Shown here: positions 1 through 15,000 of the stretch, one piece after another
Layout: each line of letters opens with the position of its first letter
Numbering within the stretch: the stretch's first letter is position 1
Source of the DNA: Eledone cirrhosa
Taxonomy: Eukaryota
Reading direction: 5' to 3'
Assembly (NCBI GenBank): GCA_964016885.1
Contig: CAXHJY010000184.1
Location: forward strand, 558,001 to 622,000
Length of the DNA stretch: 64,000 nt
Position numbers and translations under genes: made by a program
The notes under the pieces: generated by a model
What the model saw: only the letters and a program-made list of their open reading frames with translations
Told to the model about the DNA's origin: nothing
The model's database searches: none

Positions 1-3000
1 GACTATAGTCTTTCCCAATCACCACAGGACTATAGTCTTTCCCAATCACTACAGGACTATAGTCTTTCCCAGTCACTACAGGACTATAGTCTTTCCCAGT
101 CACTACAGGACTATAGTCTTTCCCAGTCACTACAGGACTATAGTCTTTCGCAGTCACTACAGGACTATAGTATTTCCCAGTCACTACAGGACTATAGTCT
201 TTCCCAGTCACTACAGGACTATAGTCTTTCCCAGTCACTACAGAGCTATAGTCTTTCCCAGTCACTACAGGACTACAGTCTTTCCCAGTCACTACAGGAC
301 TATAGTCTTTCCCAGTCACTACAGGACTATAGTCTTTCCCAATCACTACAGGACTACATTCTTTCCCAGTCACTACTGGACTATAGTCTTTCCCAGTCAC
401 TACAAGACTATAGTCTTTCCCAGTCAGTCACTACAGGACTATAGTCTTTCCCAGTCACTACAGGACTATAGTCTTTCCCAGTCACTACAGGACTATAGTC
501 TTTCCCAGTCACTACAGGACTATAGTCTTTCCCAATCACTACAGGACTATAGTCTTTCCCAGTCACTACAGGACTATAGTCTTTCCCAGTCACTACAGGA
601 CTATAGTCTTTCCCAGTCACTACAGGACTATAGTCTTTCCCAATCACTACAAGACTATAGTCTTTCCCAGTCACTACAGGACTATAGTCTTTCCCAGTCA
701 CTACAAGACTATAGTCTTTCCCATTCACTACAGGACTATAGTCTTTCCCAGTCACTACAGGACTATAGTCTCTCCCAGTCACTACAGGACTATAGTCTTT
801 CCCAGTCACTACAGGACTATAGTCTTTCCCAATCACTACAGGACTATAGTCTTTCCCAATCACTACAGGACTATAGTCTTTCCCAGTCACTACAGGACTA
901 TAGTCTTTCCCAATCACTACAGGACTATAGTCTTTCCCAGTCACTACAGGACTATAGTCTTTCCCAATCACTACAGGACTATAGTCTTTCCCAGTCACTA
1001 CAGGACTATAGTCTTTCCCAATCACCACAGGACTATAGTCTTTCCCAATCACTACAAGACTGTAGTCTTTCCCAGTCACTACAGGACTATAGTCTTTCCC
1101 AATCACTACAGGACTATAGTCTTTCCCAGTCACTACAGGACTATAGTCTCTCCCAGTCACTACAGGACTATAGTCTTTCCCAGTCACTACAGGACTATAG
1201 TCTTTCCCAGTCACTACAAGACTATAGTCTTTCCCAGTCACTACAAGACTATAGTCTTTCCCAGTCAGTCACTACAGGACTATAGTCTTTCCCAGTCACT
1301 ACAGGACTATAGTCTTTCCCAGTCACTACAGGACTATAGTCTTTCCCAGTCACTACAGGACTATAGTCTTTCCCAGTCACTACAGGACTATAGTCTTTCC
1401 CAGTCACTACAGGACTATAGTCTTTCCCAATCACTACAGGACTACATTCTTTCCCAGTCACTACAGGACTATAGTCTTTCCCAGTCACTACAGGACTATA
1501 GTCTTTCCCAGTCACTACAGGACTATAGTCTTTCCCAGTCACTACAGGACTATAGTTTTTCCCAGTCACTACAGGACTATAGTCTTTCCCAATCACTACA
1601 GGACTATAGTCTTTCCCAATCACTACAGGACTATAGTCTTTCCCAATCACTACAAGACTATAGTCTTTCCCAGTCACTACAGGACTATAGTCTTTCCCAA
1701 TCACTACAGGACTATAGTCTTTCCCAGTCACTACAGGACTATAGTCTTTCCCAGTCACTACAGGACTATAGTCTTTCCCAGTCACTACAGGACTACATTC
1801 TTTCCCAGTCACTACAGGACTATAGTCTTTCCCAATCACTACAGGACTATAGTCTTTCCCAGTCACTACAGGACTATAGTCTTTCCCAGTCACTACAGGA
1901 CTATAGTCTTTCCCAGTCACTACAGGACTATAGTCTTTCCCTGTCACTACAGGACTATAGTCTTTCCCAGTCACTACAGGACTATAGTCTTTCCCAGTCA
2001 CTACAGGACTATAGTCTTTCCCAGTCACTACAGGACTATAGTCTTTCCCAGTCACTACAGGACTATAGTCTTTCCCAGTCACTACAGGACTATAGTCTTT
2101 CCCAATCACTACAGGACTATAGTCTTTCCCAATCACTACAGGACTATAGTCTTTCCCAATCACTACAGGACTATAGTCTTTCCCAGTCAGTCACTACAGG
2201 ACTATAGTCTTTCCCAGTCACTACAGGACTATAGTCTTTCCCAGTCACTACAGGACTATAGTCTTTCCCAGTCACTACAGGACTATAGTCTTTCCCAGTC
2301 ACTACAGGACTATAGTCTTTCCCAGTCACTACAGGACTATAGTCTTTCCCAATCACTACAGGACTACATTCTTTCCCAGTCACTACAGGACTATAGTCTT
2401 TCCCAGTCACTACAGGACTATAGTCTTTCCCAGTCACTACAGGACTATAGTCTTTCCCAGTCACTACAGGACTATAGTTTTTCCCAGTCACTACAGGACT
2501 ATAGTCTTTCCCAATCACTACAGGACTATAGTCTTTCCCAATCACTACAGGACTATAGTCTTTCCCAATCACTACAAGACTATAGTCTTTCCCAGTCACT
2601 ACAGGACTATAGTCTTTCCCAATCACTACAGGACTATAGTCTTTCCCAGTCACTACAGGACTATAGTCTTTCCCAGTCACTACAGGACTATAGTCTTTCC
2701 CAATCACTACAGGACTATAGTCTTTCCCAATCACTACAAGACTATAGTCTTTCCCAGTCACTACAGGACTATAGTCTTTCCCAATCACTACAGGACTATA
2801 GTCTTTCCCAGTCACTACAGGACTATAGTCTTTCCCAGTCACTACAGGACTATAGTCTTTCCCAGTCACTACAGGACTACATTCTTTCCCAGTCACTACA
2901 GGACTATAGTCTTTCCCAATCACTACAGGACTATAGTCTTTCCCAGTCACTACAGGACTATAGTCTTTCCCAGTCACTACAGGACTATAGTCTTTCCCAG

Positions 3001-6000
3001 TCACTACAGGACTATAGTCTTTCCCAGTCACTACAGGACTATAGTCTTTCCCAGTCACTACAGGACTATAGTCTTTCCCAGTCACTACAGGACTATAGTC
3101 TTTCCCAGTCACTACAGGACTATAGTGTTTCCCAGTCACTACAGGACTATAGTCTTTCCCAATCACCACAGGACTATAGTCTTTCCCAATCACTACAAGA
3201 CTGTAGTCTTTCCCAGTCACTACAGGACTATAGTCTTTCCCAGTCACTACAGGACTATAGTCTTTCCCAGTCACTACAGGACTATAGTCTTTCCCAGTCA
3301 CTACAGGACTATAGTATTTCCCAGTCACTACAGGACTATAGTCTTTCCCAGTCACTACAGGACTATAGTCTTTCCCAGTCACTACAGAGCTATAGTCTTT
3401 CCCAGTCACTACAGGACTACAGTCTTTCCCAGTCACTACAGGACTATAGTCTTTCCCAGTCACTACAGGACTATAGTCTTTCCCAATCACTACAGGACTA
3501 CATTCTTTCCCAGTCACTACAGGAATATAGTCTTTCCCAGTCACTACAGGACTATAGTCTTTCCCAGTCACTACAGGACTATAGTCTTTCCCAATCACTA
3601 CAGGACTATAGTCTTTCCCAGTCACTACAAGACTATAGTCTTTCCCAGTCACTACAAGACTATAGTCTTTCCCAGTCAGTCACTACAGGACTATAGTCTT
3701 TCCCAGTCACTACAGGACTATAGTCTTTCCCAGTCACTACAGGACTATAGTCTTTCCCAGTCACTACAGGACTATAGTCTTTCCCAGTCACTACAGGACT
3801 ATAGTCTTTCCCAGTCACTACAGGACTATAGTCTTTCCCAGTCACTACAGGACTATAGTCCTTCCCAGTCACTACAGGACTATAGTCTTTCCCTATCACT
3901 ACAGGACTATAGTCTTTCCCAGTCACTACAGGACTATAGTCTTTCCCAGTCACTACAGGACTATAGTCTTTCCCAGTCACTACAGGACTATAGTCTCTCC
4001 CAGTCACTACAGGACTATAGTCTTTGCCAGTCACTACCGGACTATAGTCTTTCCCAATCACTACAGGACTATAGTCTTTCCCAATCACTACAGGACTATA
4101 GTCTTTCCCAGTCACTACAGGACTATAGTCTTTCCCAATCACTACAGGACTATAGTCTTTCCCAATCACTACAGGACTATAGTCTTTCCCAGTCACTACA
4201 GGACTATAGTCTTTCCCAATCACCACAGGACTATAGTCTTTCCCAATCACTACAGGACTATAGTCTTTCCCAGCCACTACAGGACTATAGTCTTTCCCAG
4301 TCACTACAGGACTATAGTCTTTCCCAGTCACTACAGGACTATAGTCTTTCCCAGTCACTACAGGACTATAGTCTTTCCCAGTCACTACAGGACTATAGTC
4401 TTTCCCAGTCACCACAGGACCATAGTCTTTCCCAGTCACTACAGTACTATAGTCTTTCCCAATCACTACAGGACTATAGTCTTTCCCAATCACTACAGGA
4501 CTATAGTCTTTCCCAATCACTACAGGACTATAGTCTTTCCCAGACACTACAGGACTATAGTCTTTCCCAATCCCTACAGGACTATAGTCTTTCCCAGTCA
4601 CTACAGGACTATAGTCTTTCCCAATCACTACAGGACTATAGTCTTTCCCAGTCACTACAGGACTATAGTCTTTCCCAATCACCACAGGACTATAGTCTTT
4701 CCCAATCACTACAGGACTATAGTCTTTCCCAGTCACTACAGGACTATAGTCTTTCCCAGTAACTACAGGACTATAGTCTTTCCCAATCACTACAGGACTA
4801 TAGTCTTTCCCAGTCACTACAAGACCATAGTCTTTCCCAGTCACTACAAGACTATAGTCTTTCCCAGTCAGTCACTACAGGACTATAGTCTTTCCCAGTC
4901 ACTACAGGACTATAGTCTTTCCCAATCACTACAGGACTATAGTCTTTCCCAGTCACTACAGGACTATAGTCTTTCCCAATCACTACAGGACTATAGTCTT
5001 TCCCAGTCACTACAGGACTATAGTCTTTCCCAGTCACTACAGGACTATAGTCTTTCCCAATCACTACAGGACTATAGTCTTTCCCAGTCAGTCACTACAG
5101 GACTATAGTCTTTCCCAGTCACTACAGGACTATAGTCTTTCCCAGTCACTACAGGACTATAGTCTTTCCCAGTCACTACAGGACTATAGTCTTTCCCAGT
5201 CACTACAGGACTATAGTCTTTCCCAGTCACTACAGGACTATAGTCTTTCCCAATCACTACAGGACTACATTCTTTCCCAGTCACTACAGGACTATAGTCT
5301 TTCCCAGTCACTACAGGACTATAGTCTTTCCCAGTCACTACAGGACTATAGTCTTTCCCAGTCACTACAGGACTATAGTTTTTCCCAGTCACTACAGGAC
5401 TATAGTCTTTCCCAATCACTACAGGACTATAGTCTTTCCCAATCACTACAGGACTATAGTCTTTCCCAATCACTACAAGTCTATAGTCTTTCCCAGTCAC
5501 TACAGGACTATAGTCTTTCCCAATCACTACAGGACTATAGTCTTTCCCAGTCACTACAGGACTATAGTCTTTCCCAGTCACTACAGGACTATAGTCTTTC
5601 CCAGTCACTACAGGACTACATTCTTTCCCAGTCACTACAGGACTATAGTCTTTCCCAATCACTACAGGACTATAGTCTTTCCCAGTCACTACAGGACTAT
5701 AGTCTTTCCCAGTCACTACAGGACTATAGTCTTTCCCAATCACTACAGGACTATAGTCTTTCCCAATCACTACAAGACTATAGTCTTTCCCAGTCACTAC
5801 AGGACTATAGTCTTTCCCAATCACTACAGGACTATAGTCTTTCCCAGTCACTACAGGACTATAGTCTTTCCCAGTCACTACAGGACTATAGTCTTTCCCA
5901 GTCACTACAGGACTACATTCTTTCCCAGTCACTACAGGACTATAGTCTTTCCCAATCACTACAGGACTATAGTCTTTCCCAGTCACTACAGGACTATAGT

Positions 6001-9000
6001 CTTTCCCAGTCACTACAGGACTATAGTCTTTCTCAGTCACTACAGGACTATAGTCTTTCCCAGTCACTACAGGACTATAGTCTTCCCAGTCACTACAGGA
6101 CTATAGTCTTTCCCAGTCACTACAGGACTATAGTCTTTCCCAGTCACTACAGGACTATAGTCTTTCCCAGTCACTACAGGACTATAGTCTTTCCCAGTCA
6201 CTACAGGACTATAGTCCTTCCCAGTCACTACAGGACTATAGTCTTTCCCAATCACTACAGGACTATAGTCTTTCCCAGTCATTACAGGTCTATAGTCTTT
6301 CCCAGTCACTACAGGACTATAGTCTTTCCCAGTCACTACAGGACTATAGTCTTTCCCAATCACTACAAGACTATAGTCTTTCCCAGTCACTACAGGACTA
6401 TAGTCTTTCCCAGTCACTACAAGACTATAGTCTTTCCCAATCACTACAGGACTATAGTCTTTCCCAGTCATTACAGGACTATAGTCTTTCCCAGTCACTA
6501 CAGGACTATAGTCTTTCCCAGTCACTACAGGACTATAGTCTTTCCCAATCACTACAAGACTATAGTCTTTCCCAGTCACTACAGGACTATAGTCTTTCCC
6601 AGTCACTACAAGACTATAGTCTTTCCCAATCACTACAGGACTATAGTCTTTCCCAGTCACTACAGGACTATAGTCTTTCCCAGTCAGTCACTACAGGACT
6701 ATAGTCTTTCCCAGTCACTACAAGACTATAGTCTTTCCCAGTCACTACAGGACTATAGTCTTTCCCAGTCACTACAGGACTATAGTCTTTCCCAGTCACT
6801 ACAGGACTATAGTCTCTCCCAGTCACTACAGGACTATAGTCTTTGCCAGTCACTACAGGACTATAGTCTTTACCAATCACTACAGGACTATAGTCTTTCC
6901 CAATCACTACAGGACTATAGTCTTTCCCAGTCACTACAGGACTATAGTCTTTCCCAATCACTACAGGACTATAGTCTTTCCCAGTCACTACAGGACTATA
7001 GTCTTTCCCAATCACCACAGGACTATAGTCTTTCCCAATCACTACAGGACTATAGTCTTTCCCAGTCACTACAGGACTATAGTCTTTCCCAGTCACTACA
7101 GGACTATAGTCTTTCCCAGTCACTACAGGACTATAGTCTTTCCCAGTCACTACAGGACTATAGTCTTTCCCAGTCACCACAGGACCATAGTCTTTCCCAG
7201 TCACTACAGTACTATAGTCTTTCCCAATCACTACAGGACTATAGTCTTTCCCAATCACTACAGGACTATAGTCTTTCCCAATCACTACAGGACTATAGTC
7301 TTTCCCAGACACTACAGGACTGTAGTCTTTCCCAATCCCTACAGGACTATAGTCTTTCCCAGTCACTACAGGACTATAGTCTTTCCCAATCACTACAGGA
7401 CTATAGTCTTTCCCAGTCACTACAGGACTATAGTCTTTCCCAATCACCACAGGACTATAGTCTTTCCCAATCACTACAGGACTATAGTCTTTCCCAGTCA
7501 CTACAGGACTATAGTCTTTCCCAGTCACTACAGGACTATAGTCTTTCCCAATCACTACAGGACTATAGTCTTTCCCAGTCACTACAAGACCATAGTCTTT
7601 CCCAGTCACTACAAGACTATAGTCTTTCCCAGTCAGTCACTACAGGACTATAGTCTTTCCCAGTCACTACAGGACTATAGTCTTTCCCAATCACTACAGG
7701 ACTATAGTCTTTCCCAGTCACTACAGGACTATAGTCTTTCCCAATCACTACAGGACTATAGTCTTTCAAAGTCACTACAGGACTATAGTCTTTCCCAGTC
7801 ACTACAGGACTATAGTCTTTCCCAATCACTACAGGACTATAGTCTTTCCCAGTCAGTCACTACAGGACTATAGTCTTTCCCAGTCACTACAGGACTATAG
7901 TCTTTCCCAGTCACTACAGGACTATAGTCTTTCCCAGTCACTACAGGACTATAGTCTTTCCCAGTCACTACAGGACTATAGTCTTTCCCAGTCACTACAG
8001 GACTATAGTCTTTCCCAATCACTACAGGACTACATTCTTTCCCAGTCACTACAGGACTATAGTCTTTCCCAGTCACTACAGGACTATAGTCTTTCCCAGT
8101 CACTACAGGACTATAGTCTTTCCCAGTCACTACAGGACTATAGTTTTTCCCAGTCACTACAGGACTATAGTCTTTCCCAATCACTACAGGACTATAGTCT
8201 TTCCCAATCACTACAGGACTATAGTCTTTCCCAATCACTACAAGACTATAGTCTTTCCCAGTCACTACAGGACTATAGTCTTTCCCAATCACTACAGGAC
8301 TATAGTCTTTCCCAGTCACTACAGGACTATAGTCTTTCCCAGTCACTACAGGACTATAGTCTTTCCCAGTCACTACAGGACTACATTCTTTCCCAGTCAC
8401 TACAGGACTATAGTCTTTCCCAATCACTACAGGACTATAGTCTTTCCCAGTCACTACAGGACTATAGTCTTTCCCAGTCACTACAGGACTATAGTCTTTC
8501 CCAGTCACTACAGGACTATAGTCTTTCCCAGTCACTACAGGACTATAGTCTTTCCCAGTCACTACAGGACTATAGTCTTTCCCAGTCACTACAGGACTAT
8601 AGTCTTTCCCAGTCACTACAGGACTATAGTCTTTCCCAGTCACTACAGGACTATAGTCTTTCCCAGTCACTACAGGACTATAGTCCTTCCCAGTCACTAC
8701 AGGACTATAGTCTTTCCCAATCACTACAGGACTATAGTCTTTCCCAGTCATTACAGGACTATAGTCTTTCCCAGTCACTACAGGACTATAGTCTTTCCCA
8801 GTCACTACAGGACTATAGTCTTTCCCAATCACTACAAGACTATAGTCTTTCCCAGTCACTACAGGACTATAGTCTTTCCCAGTCACTACAAGACTATAGT
8901 CTTTCCCAATCACTACAGGACTATAGTCTTTCCCAGTCATTACAGGACTATAGTCTTTCCCAGTCACTACAGGACTATAGTCTTTCCCAGTCACTACAGG

Positions 9001-12000
9001 ACTATAGTCTTTCCCAATCACTACAAGACTATAGTCTTTCCCAGTCACTACAGGACTATAGTCTTTCCCAGTCACTACAAGACTATAGTCTTTCCCAATC
9101 ACTACAGGACTATAGTCTTTCCCAGTCACTACAGGACTATAGTCTTTCCCAGTCAGTCACTACAGGACTATAGTCTTTCCCAGTCACTACAAGACTATAG
9201 TCTTTCCCAGTCACTACAGGACTATAGTCTTTCCCAGTCACTACAAGACTATAGTCCTTCCCAGTCACTACAGGACTATAGTCTTTCCCAATCACTACAG
9301 GACTATAGTCTTTCCCAGTCATTACAGGACTATAGTCTTTCCCAGTCACTACAGGACTATAGTCTTTCCCAGTCACTACAGGACTATAGTCTTTCCCAAT
9401 CACTACAAGACTATAGTCTTTCCCAGTCACTACAGGACTATAGTCTTTCCCAGTCACTACAAGACTATAGTCTTTCCCAATCACTACAGGACTATAGTCT
9501 TTCCCAGTCACTACAGGACTATAGTCTCTCCCAGTCACTACAGGACTATAGTCTTTGCCAGTCACTACAGGACTATAGTCTTTCCCAATCACTACAGGAC
9601 TATAGTCTTTTCCAATCACTACAGGACTATAGTCTTTCCCAATCACTACAGGACTATAGTCTTTCCCAATCACTACAGGACTATAGTCTTTTCCAATCAC
9701 TACAGGACTATAGTCTTTCCCAATCACTACAGGACTACATTCTTTCCCAGTCACTACAGGACTATAGTCTTTCCCAATCACTACAGGACTATAGTCTTTC
9801 CCAGTCACTACAGGACTATAGTCTTTCCCAGTCACTACAGGACTATAGTCTTTCCCAGTCACTACAGGACTATAGTCTTTCCCAGTCACTACAGGACTAT
9901 AGTCTTTCCCAGTCACTACAGGACTATAGTTTTTCCCAGTCACTACAGGACTATAGTCTTTCCCAATCACTACAGGACTATAGTCTTTCCCAATCACTAC
10001 AGGACTATAGTCTTTCCCAATCACTACAAGACTATAGTCCTTCCCAGTCACTACAGGACTATAGTCTTTCCCAATCACTACAGGACTATAGTCTTTCCCA
10101 ATCACTACAGGACTATAGTCTTTCCCAGTCACTACAGGACTATAGTCTTTCCCAGTCACTACAGGACTATAGTCTTTCCCAGTCACTACAGGACTACATT
10201 CTTTCCCAGTCACTACAGGACTATAGTCTTTCCCAATCACTACAGGACTATAGTCTTTCCCAGTCACTACAGGACTATAGTCTTTCCCAGTCACTACAGG
10301 ACTATAGTCTTTCCCAGTCACTACAGGACTATAGTCTTTCCCAGTCACTACAGGACTATAGTCTTTCCCAGTCACTACAGGACTATAGTCTTTCCCAGTC
10401 ACTACAGGACTATAGTCTTTCCCAGTCACTACAGGACTATAGTCTTTCCCAGTCACTACAGGACTATAGTCTTTCCCAATCACCACAGGACTATAGTCTT
10501 TCCCAATCACTACAAGACTGTAGTCTTTCCCAGTCACTACAGGACTATAGTCTTTCCCAGTCACTACAGGACTATAGTCTTTCCCAGTCACTACAGGACT
10601 ATAGTCTTTCCCAGTCACTACAGGACTATAGTATTTCCCAGTCACTACAGGACTATAGTCTTTCCCAGTCACTACAGGACTATAGTCTTTCCCAGTCACT
10701 ACAGAGCTATAGTCTTTCCCAGTCACTACAGGACTACAGTCTTTCCCAGTCACTACAGGACTATAGTCTTTCCCAGTCACTACAGGACTATAGTCTTTCC
10801 CAATCACTACAGGACTACATTCTTTCCCAGTCACTACAGGAATATAGTCTTTCCCAGTCACTACAGGACTATAGTCTTTCCCAGTCACTACAGGACTATA
10901 GTCTTTCCCAATCACTACAGGACTATAGTCTTTCCCAGTCACTACAAGACTATAGTCTTTCCCAGTCACTACAAGACTATAGTCTTTCCCAGTCAGTCAC
11001 TACAGGACTATAGTCTTTCCCAGTCACTACAGGACTATAGTCTTTCCCAGTCACTACAGGACTATAGTCTTTCCCAGTCACTACAGGACTATAGTCTTTC
11101 CCAGTCACTACAGGACTATAGTCTTTCCCAGTCACTACAGGACTATAGTCTTTCCCAGTCACTACAGGACTATAGTCCTTCCCAGTCACTACAGGACTAT
11201 AGTCTTTCCCAATCACTACAGGACTATAGTCTTTCCCAGTCACTACAGGACTATAGTCTTTCCCAGTCACTACAGGACTATAGTCTTTCCCAGTCACTAC
11301 AGGACTATAGTCTCTCCCAGTCACTACAGGACTATAGTCTTTGCCAGTCACTACCGGACTATAGTCTTTCCCAATCACTACAGGACTATAGTCTTTCCCA
11401 ATCACTACAGGACTATAGTCTTTCCCAGTCACTACAGGACTATAGTCTTTCCCAATCACTACAGGACTATAGTCTTTCCCAGTCACTACAGGACTATAGT
11501 CTTTCCCAATCACCACAGGACTATAGTCTTTCCCAATCACTACAGGACTATAGTCTTTCCCAGCCACTACAGGACTATAGTCTTTCCCAGTCACTACAGG
11601 ACTATAGTCTTTCCCAGTCACTACAGGACTATAGTCTTTCCCAGTCACTACAGGACTATAGTCTTTCCCAGTCACTACAGGACTATAGTCTTTCCCAGTC
11701 ACCACAGGACCATAGTCTTTCCCAGTCACTACAGTACTATAGTCTTTCCCAATCACTACAGGACTATAGTCTTTCCCAATCACTACAGGACTATAGTCTT
11801 TCCCAATCACTACAGGACTATAGTCTTTCCCAGACACTACAGGACTATAGTCTTTCCCAATCCCTACAGGACTATAGTCTTTCCCAGTCACTACAGGACT
11901 ATAGTCTTTCCCAATCACTACAGGACTATAGTCTTTCCCAGTCACTACAGGACTATAGTCTTTCCCAATCACCACAGGACTATAGTCTTTCCCAATCACT

Positions 12001-15000
12001 ACAGGACTATAGTCTTTCCCAGTCACTACAGGACTATAGTCTTTCCCAGTAACTACAGGACTATAGTCTTTCCCAATCACTACAGGACTATAGTCTTTCC
12101 CAGTCACTACAAGACCATAGTCTTTCCCAGTCACTACAAGACTATAGTCTTTCCCAGTCAGTCACTACAGGACTATAGTCTTTCCCAGTCACTACAGGAC
12201 TATAGTCTTTCCCAATCACTACAGGACTATAGTCTTTCCCAGTCACTACAGGACTATAGTCTTTCCCAATCACTACAGGACTATAGTCTTTCCCAGTCAC
12301 TACAGGACTATAGTCTTTCCCAGTCACTACAGGACTATAGTCTTTCCCAATCACTACAGGACTATAGTCTTTCCCAGTCAGTCACTACAGGACTATAGTC
12401 TTTCCCAGTCACTACAGGACTATAGTCTTTCCCAGTCACTACAGGACTATAGTCTTTCCCAGTCACTACAGGACTATAGTCTTTCCCAGTCACTACAGGA
12501 CTATAGTCTTTCCCAGTCACTACAGGACTATAGTCTTTCCCAATCACTACAGGACTACATTCTTTCCCAGTCACTACAGGACTATAGTCTTTCCCAGTCA
12601 CTACAGGACTATAGTCTTTCCCAGTCACTACAGGACTATAGTCTTTCCCAGTCACTACAGGACTATAGTTTTTCCCAGTCACTACAGGACTATAGTCTTT
12701 CCCAATCACTACAGGACTATAGTCTTTCCCAATCACTACAGGACTATAGTCTTTCCCAATCACTACAAGTCTATAGTCTTTCCCAGTCACTACAGGACTA
12801 TAGTCTTTCCCAATCACTACAGGACTATAGTCTTTCCCAGTCACTACAGGACTATAGTCTTTCCCAGTCACTACAGGACTATAGTCTTTCCCAGTCACTA
12901 CAGGACTACATTCTTTCCCAGTCACTACAGGACTATAGTCTTTCCCAATCACTACAGGACTATAGTCTTTCCCAGTCACTACAGGACTATAGTCTTTCCC
13001 AGTCACTACAGGACTATAGTCTTTCCCAATCACTACAGGACTATAGTCTTTCCCAATCACTACAAGACTATAGTCTTTCCCAGTCACTACAGGACTATAG
13101 TCTTTCCCAATCACTACAGGACTATAGTCTTTCCCAGTCACTACAGGACTATAGTCTTTCCCAGTCACTACAGGACTATAGTCTTTCCCAGTCACTACAG
13201 GACTACATTCTTTCCCAGTCACTACAGGACTATAGTCTTTCCCAATCACTACAGGACTATAGTCTTTCCCAGTCACTACAGGACTATAGTCTTTCCCAGT
13301 CACTACAGGACTATAGTCTTTCTCAGTCACTACAGGACTATAGTCTTTCCCAGTCACTACAGGACTATAGTCTTCCCAGTCACTACAGGACTATAGTCTT
13401 TCCCAGTCACTACAGGACTATAGTCTTTCCCAGTCACTACAGGACTATAGTCTTTCCCAGTCACTACAGGACTATAGTCTTTCCCAGTCACTACAGGACT
13501 ATAGTCCTTCCCAGTCACTACAGGACTATAGTCTTTCCCAATCACTACAGGACTATAGTCTTTCCCAGTCATTACAGGTCTATAGTCTTTCCCAGTCACT
13601 ACAGGACTATAGTCTTTCCCAGTCACTACAGGACTATAGTCTTTCCCAATCACTACAAGACTATAGTCTTTCCCAGTCACTACAGGACTATAGTCTTTCC
13701 CAGTCACTACAAGACTATAGTCTTTCCCAATCACTACAGGACTATAGTCTTTCCCAGTCATTACAGGACTATAGTCTTTCCCAGTCACTACAGGACTATA
13801 GTCTTTCCCAGTCACTACAGGACTATAGTCTTTCCCAATCACTACAAGACTATAGTCTTTCCCAGTCACTACAGGACTATAGTCTTTCCCAGTCACTACA
13901 AGACTATAGTCTTTCCCAATCACTACAGGACTATAGTCTTTCCCAGTCACTACAGGACTATAGTCTTTCCCAGTCAGTCACTACAGGACTATAGTCTTTC
14001 CCAGTCACTACAAGACTATAGTCTTTCCCAGTCACTACAGGACTATAGTCTTTCCCAGTCACTACAGGACTATAGTCTTTCCCAGTCACTACAGGACTAT
14101 AGTCTCTCCCAGTCACTACAGGACTATAGTCTTTGCCAGTCACTACAGGACTATAGTCTTTACCAATCACTACAGGACTATAGTCTTTCCCAATCACTAC
14201 AGGACTATAGTCTTTCCCAGTCACTACAGGACTATAGTCTTTCCCAATCACTACAGGACTATAGTCTTTCCCAGTCACTACAGGACTATAGTCTTTCCCA
14301 ATCACCACAGGACTATAGTCTTTCCCAATCACTACAGGACTATAGTCTTTCCCAGTCACTACAGGACTATAGTCTTTCCCAGTCACTACAGGACTATAGT
14401 CTTTCCCAGTCACTACAGGACTATAGTCTTTCCCAGTCACTACAGGACTATAGTCTTTCCCAGTCACCACAGGACCATAGTCTTTCCCAGTCACTACAGT
14501 ACTATAGTCTTTCCCAATCACTACAGGACTATAGTCTTTCCCAATCACTACAGGACTATAGTCTTTCCCAATCACTACAGGACTATAGTCTTTCCCAGAC
14601 ACTACAGGACTGTAGTCTTTCCCAATCCCTACAGGACTATAGTCTTTCCCAGTCACTACAGGACTATAGTCTTTCCCAATCACTACAGGACTATAGTCTT
14701 TCCCAGTCACTACAGGACTATAGTCTTTCCCAATCACCACAGGACTATAGTCTTTCCCAATCACTACAGGACTATAGTCTTTCCCAGTCACTACAGGACT
14801 ATAGTCTTTCCCAGTCACTACAGGACTATAGTCTTTCCCAATCACTACAGGACTATAGTCTTTCCCAGTCACTACAAGACCATAGTCTTTCCCAGTCACT
14901 ACAAGACTATAGTCTTTCCCAGTCAGTCACTACAGGACTATAGTCTTTCCCAGTCACTACAGGACTATAGTCTTTCCCAATCACTACAGGACTATAGTCT